Below are positions 7,816 through 10,379 of a stretch of DNA of 10,379 bases, piece after piece. Source of the stretch: Octopus sinensis (lineage: Eukaryota); NCBI RefSeq assembly GCF_006345805.1, contig NW_021827289.1, positions 1 to 10,379 on the forward strand. The letters are read 5' to 3'. The notes beneath the pieces were generated by a model. The model ran no database searches. It was given only the letters and a program-made list of their open reading frames with translations, and was not told where the DNA came from. The position numbers were made by a program, and so were the translations under genes. Within the stretch, counting starts at the first letter, position 1, and each line of letters starts with the position of its first letter.

Positions 7816-8071
7816 GGCAAAAATGACAGCAATTAAATGAAAGAGAATAATTTTACACCGTCCATGCTTTTAGAAACTGAATGCAAATGTTGGAGAACAC
7901 AAAACAGCGTAAGTTTGCATTCGCAAAGGAAAAGAGGAAGAGAAGCAGGCGACGGTGAGGTGAACGTAACAGTTGTTGACTTCTTGCTAATAACATCCAT
8001 TCTACTTCGTGTTTACTTTTAATTGTTTATAAACTGACCAACGAATCAATTTCTCCGAAAAATACAACGTA

Positions 8072-8632
8072 AATAATTATTTCTTATATTGACAAAAGTT
8101 AGCAATTTCAGGGGAAGAAAGTTTGTCAATGATTTTCGTGTCTGTTCTTGACGGAATCTTTATTTTATCGACCCCGATATGGATAAAAAACAAAATTGGC
8201 CTCGATGGTATCTGAACACTGAAAATAAAAATGCAGAATGCCGTTTGGCATTTTGTCCGGCATTTTGTAAGGCGGCGGGCTGGCAGAAACGTTAGCACGC
8301 CGGGCGAAATTCTTAGCAATATTTCGTCTGCCGTTACGTTCTGAGTCCTTGTTTGTCCTCTTTGTGTTTGCCTGTCCTTGTTTGTCCTCTCTGTGTTTAG
8401 CCCCTTGTGGGTAGTAAAGAAATAGGTATTTCGTTTGTCTTTACGTTCTGAGTTCAAATTCTGCCGAGGTCGACTTTGCCTTTCATCCTTTCGGGGTCGA
8501 TTAAATAAGTACCATTGACATTCTGGGGTTGTTGTAATCGACTAGTCTCCTCCCGCAAAACTTCGGGTCTTGTGCCTATAAGAGAAAGGATTTTGTCCGA
8601 AGCTCCAACGATTCTGCTGGTTCGTCGCGTTT
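8072..8632 (-). mobile_element. Family D SINE, older host copy, interrupted by the insertion at 8269-8589
   Basis: Head at 8632-8591 (CAGCAGAATCGTT...CGGACAAAA) and body at 8262-8072 (...CGGGGTCGATAAAATAA...) align with 8269-8589 and 8664-8876. Flanked by the direct repeat ATACAACGTA at 8062-8071 and 8633-8642. Confidence 0.8.
8269..8589 (+). mobile_element. Family D SINE, younger nested copy with internal duplications
   Basis: Head AAGGCGGCGGGCTGGCAGAAACGTTAGC, B-box-like GAGTTCAAATT (8450-8460) and body GAGGTCGACTTTGCCTTTCATCCTTTCGGGGTCGAT. Flanked by ATTTTGT at 8262-8268 and 8590-8596. Confidence 0.85.
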
Positions 8633-8663
8633 ATACAACGTATATAATATTAAACACAAATAC

Positions 8664-8876
8664 GTGAGCTGACGGAGTTGTTGACGCGTAAGATAAACTA
8701 CCTTGCGTGATTTCTTCCCGATTTTTACATTCTGAGTTCAAATTGAGCCAGGATCGAATTTGCCTTTGGTCTCTTCGTGTTTGATCAAATAAAGTAACAG
8801 TTAGAAACTGGGATCAAAATACACGAATCGCCTCCTCCGGTCACAATTCTTGGCCTTCTCTCAAAATTAGAAACTA
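8664..8876 (+). mobile_element. Family D SINE, degenerate copy
   Basis: GAGCTGACGGAGTTGTT...TTTACATTCTGAGTTCAAATT...TTTGCCTTT...TGATCAAATAAAGTA is colinear with 8269-8589. Confidence 0.75.
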
Positions 8877-9631
8877 AGAATATAATAGTAAATATTCTGT
8901 TCGTTAAACTTAACCACACATAAACTATGCTTCTGTTATTCTATCAATTGGTAGACTAGGTTTGTTGTTTTCCTATATATTTTTTTCTAAAGGCAAATAC
9001 AATACGTTCTCTCTCCGAATTAGAAAATACGTAGAAAATGCACAGGAAACTAATCAAGGAGAACGACAAACTTGACCCCACCCCAAAAAAAAAACCGCCA
9101 CCAGTATTTTAACGAAGCAAAAATCAGAACCGCTCGCGGGAAAAAAATATAAATACACCTGATCCCCCAAAATAACCACTACAAGCGAAAGCGTCTACAG
9201 AAACAGGATCAGAGAAACTGTAAACCAAATTCCTTTTTTTACTAATTTCATTGCTCCCTTGTTTTTTTTCAGTATGACTTGTCGACCACCACTGGTGGTT
9301 ATATGCGTAAATATAAATATGTAGATACAATAAAAAATATTAGACATATATATACTCGCATGACATCCTATGAAATTGTATGTTCGTGGTTGGTATCAAT
9401 AAGAAAATTATTATAGATGCACGGTCAATATATTCCATTAATCGAACTGGAAGGAAAGGATGGTTCAAAATAATTGTAAGAGAAATCCATAGATAAATCC
9501 AATGAAAGTTCATATTCTTACGGCTGTTTCATGAACATATATAATGAAATGGGGGCGAACCATTGCTATCTATTTCAGTTATACACATTTCTTTCTTCAG
9601 AGATGGATGATTTAAGACAACGTAATAAAAG

Positions 9632-9652
9632 ATATATATATATATATATATA

Positions 9653-9702
<50 letters not shown>

Positions 9703-9836
9703 TATATATATATATACATACATACATGCATAACATACATACATAATGCATACTACACATATACTCACATACAAATTATATTATACATAAATATATACAT
9801 ATATATGCATATATGTATATATATATATATATTATA

Positions 9837-9888
<52 letters not shown>

Positions 9889-9960
9889 TATATATATATA
9901 ATATATATATATATATACATACAAACATACATACATGCATACATCTATACATGCATAGAT
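9632..9960. repeat. (TA)n/(CATA)n compound microsatellite block
   Basis: Visible directly. Confidence 0.95.
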
Positions 9961-10379
9961 ACAAATTAATAGCATCTCCCTGTGTCCTTGAATCGCTCAT
10001 TTTAAAAAGACGCTCAGGTTAAGAACGCATTCCAAAATCTGGGGAGCATCAGTCTTCTTTGAGTACCATTAATCCATTCAATTTGGTAATTCTTTTCACT
10101 TACAGATTATTGAAACCTTTCTGGCATTTCAAACATCTATTTATATCTATTTACATTTATATTTTATGTCTTTCTTTTCTGTTATCTTAATTTATATAGC
10201 AATTATCGTTTCTGCAACAGGAGCAAAAAAAAAACAGTATTTAAAGTATTAATAGTATTTAAAGTTTCAATATGTCACTACATGAAATAAAAAATCTAAG
10301 AATTCCTTTTAATAGTGCTCTTCTGTAGATTATTCAATTTATTTAAATTAAATATTTGCATAGCATAAAATATCGAGAG

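Noticed and set aside
7837-8022. 61-aa ORF in non-microsatellite sequence
   Set aside because: Length is within chance expectation, with no recognisable motif or splice support.
133-8457. Complex-looking ORFs at 133-402, 1043-1276, 3607-3840, 6252-6596 and 8077-8457
   Set aside because: They lie within SINE copies, several use non-ATG starts, and none shows a recognisable domain or RT/transposase motif.
9586-9600. Second CTGAAGA...GAAA motif on the minus strand
   Set aside because: No room for stem II; it is a TTTC low-complexity run.
275-10022. Many ORFs rich in YI/IY, HT/TH, CV/VC, poly-L or poly-N
   Set aside because: They are translations of (TA)n, (CA)n, (TG)n and (TGT)n microsatellites, which lack stops in these frames.
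10098-10140. Minus-strand donor GTAAGT with an upstream AG
   Set aside because: No pyrimidine tract before the AG and a poor exonic donor context.
10236-10265. 12-bp direct repeat AGTATTTAAAGT
   Set aside because: Short AT-rich slippage duplication with no further structure.
1-10379. CRISPR array, operon or other prokaryotic system
   Set aside because: No regularly spaced repeat-spacer units and no gene-dense coding sequence; the composition is that of animal intronic or intergenic DNA.

Overview
AT-rich, microsatellite-dense, essentially non-coding eukaryotic DNA. The repeat families look like those of an octopod cephalopod (Octopus); this is inferred from recall of the families, not from a search. 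The window is a mosaic of at least four tRNA-derived SINE-like families, labelled A-D here, in about 14 full or partial copies. It also holds a probable Tc1/mariner (pogo/Tigger-like) MITE remnant and long (TA)n, (TG)n, (CA)n, (CT)n and (TGT)n tracts. Almost every ORF in the supplied track is a translation of microsatellite or SINE sequence. I cannot support a new multi-gene system. The best-supported observations are an apparent ~540-bp inversion that split an old SINE (6048-6589) and a SINE nested in an antisense copy of its own family with both target-site duplications still readable (8062-8642). Weaker leads are a degenerate minimal hammerhead-ribozyme core (7789-7815, - strand), a signal-peptide-like short ORF or exon (5823-5996) and a candidate 35-nt micro-exon (1948-1982).
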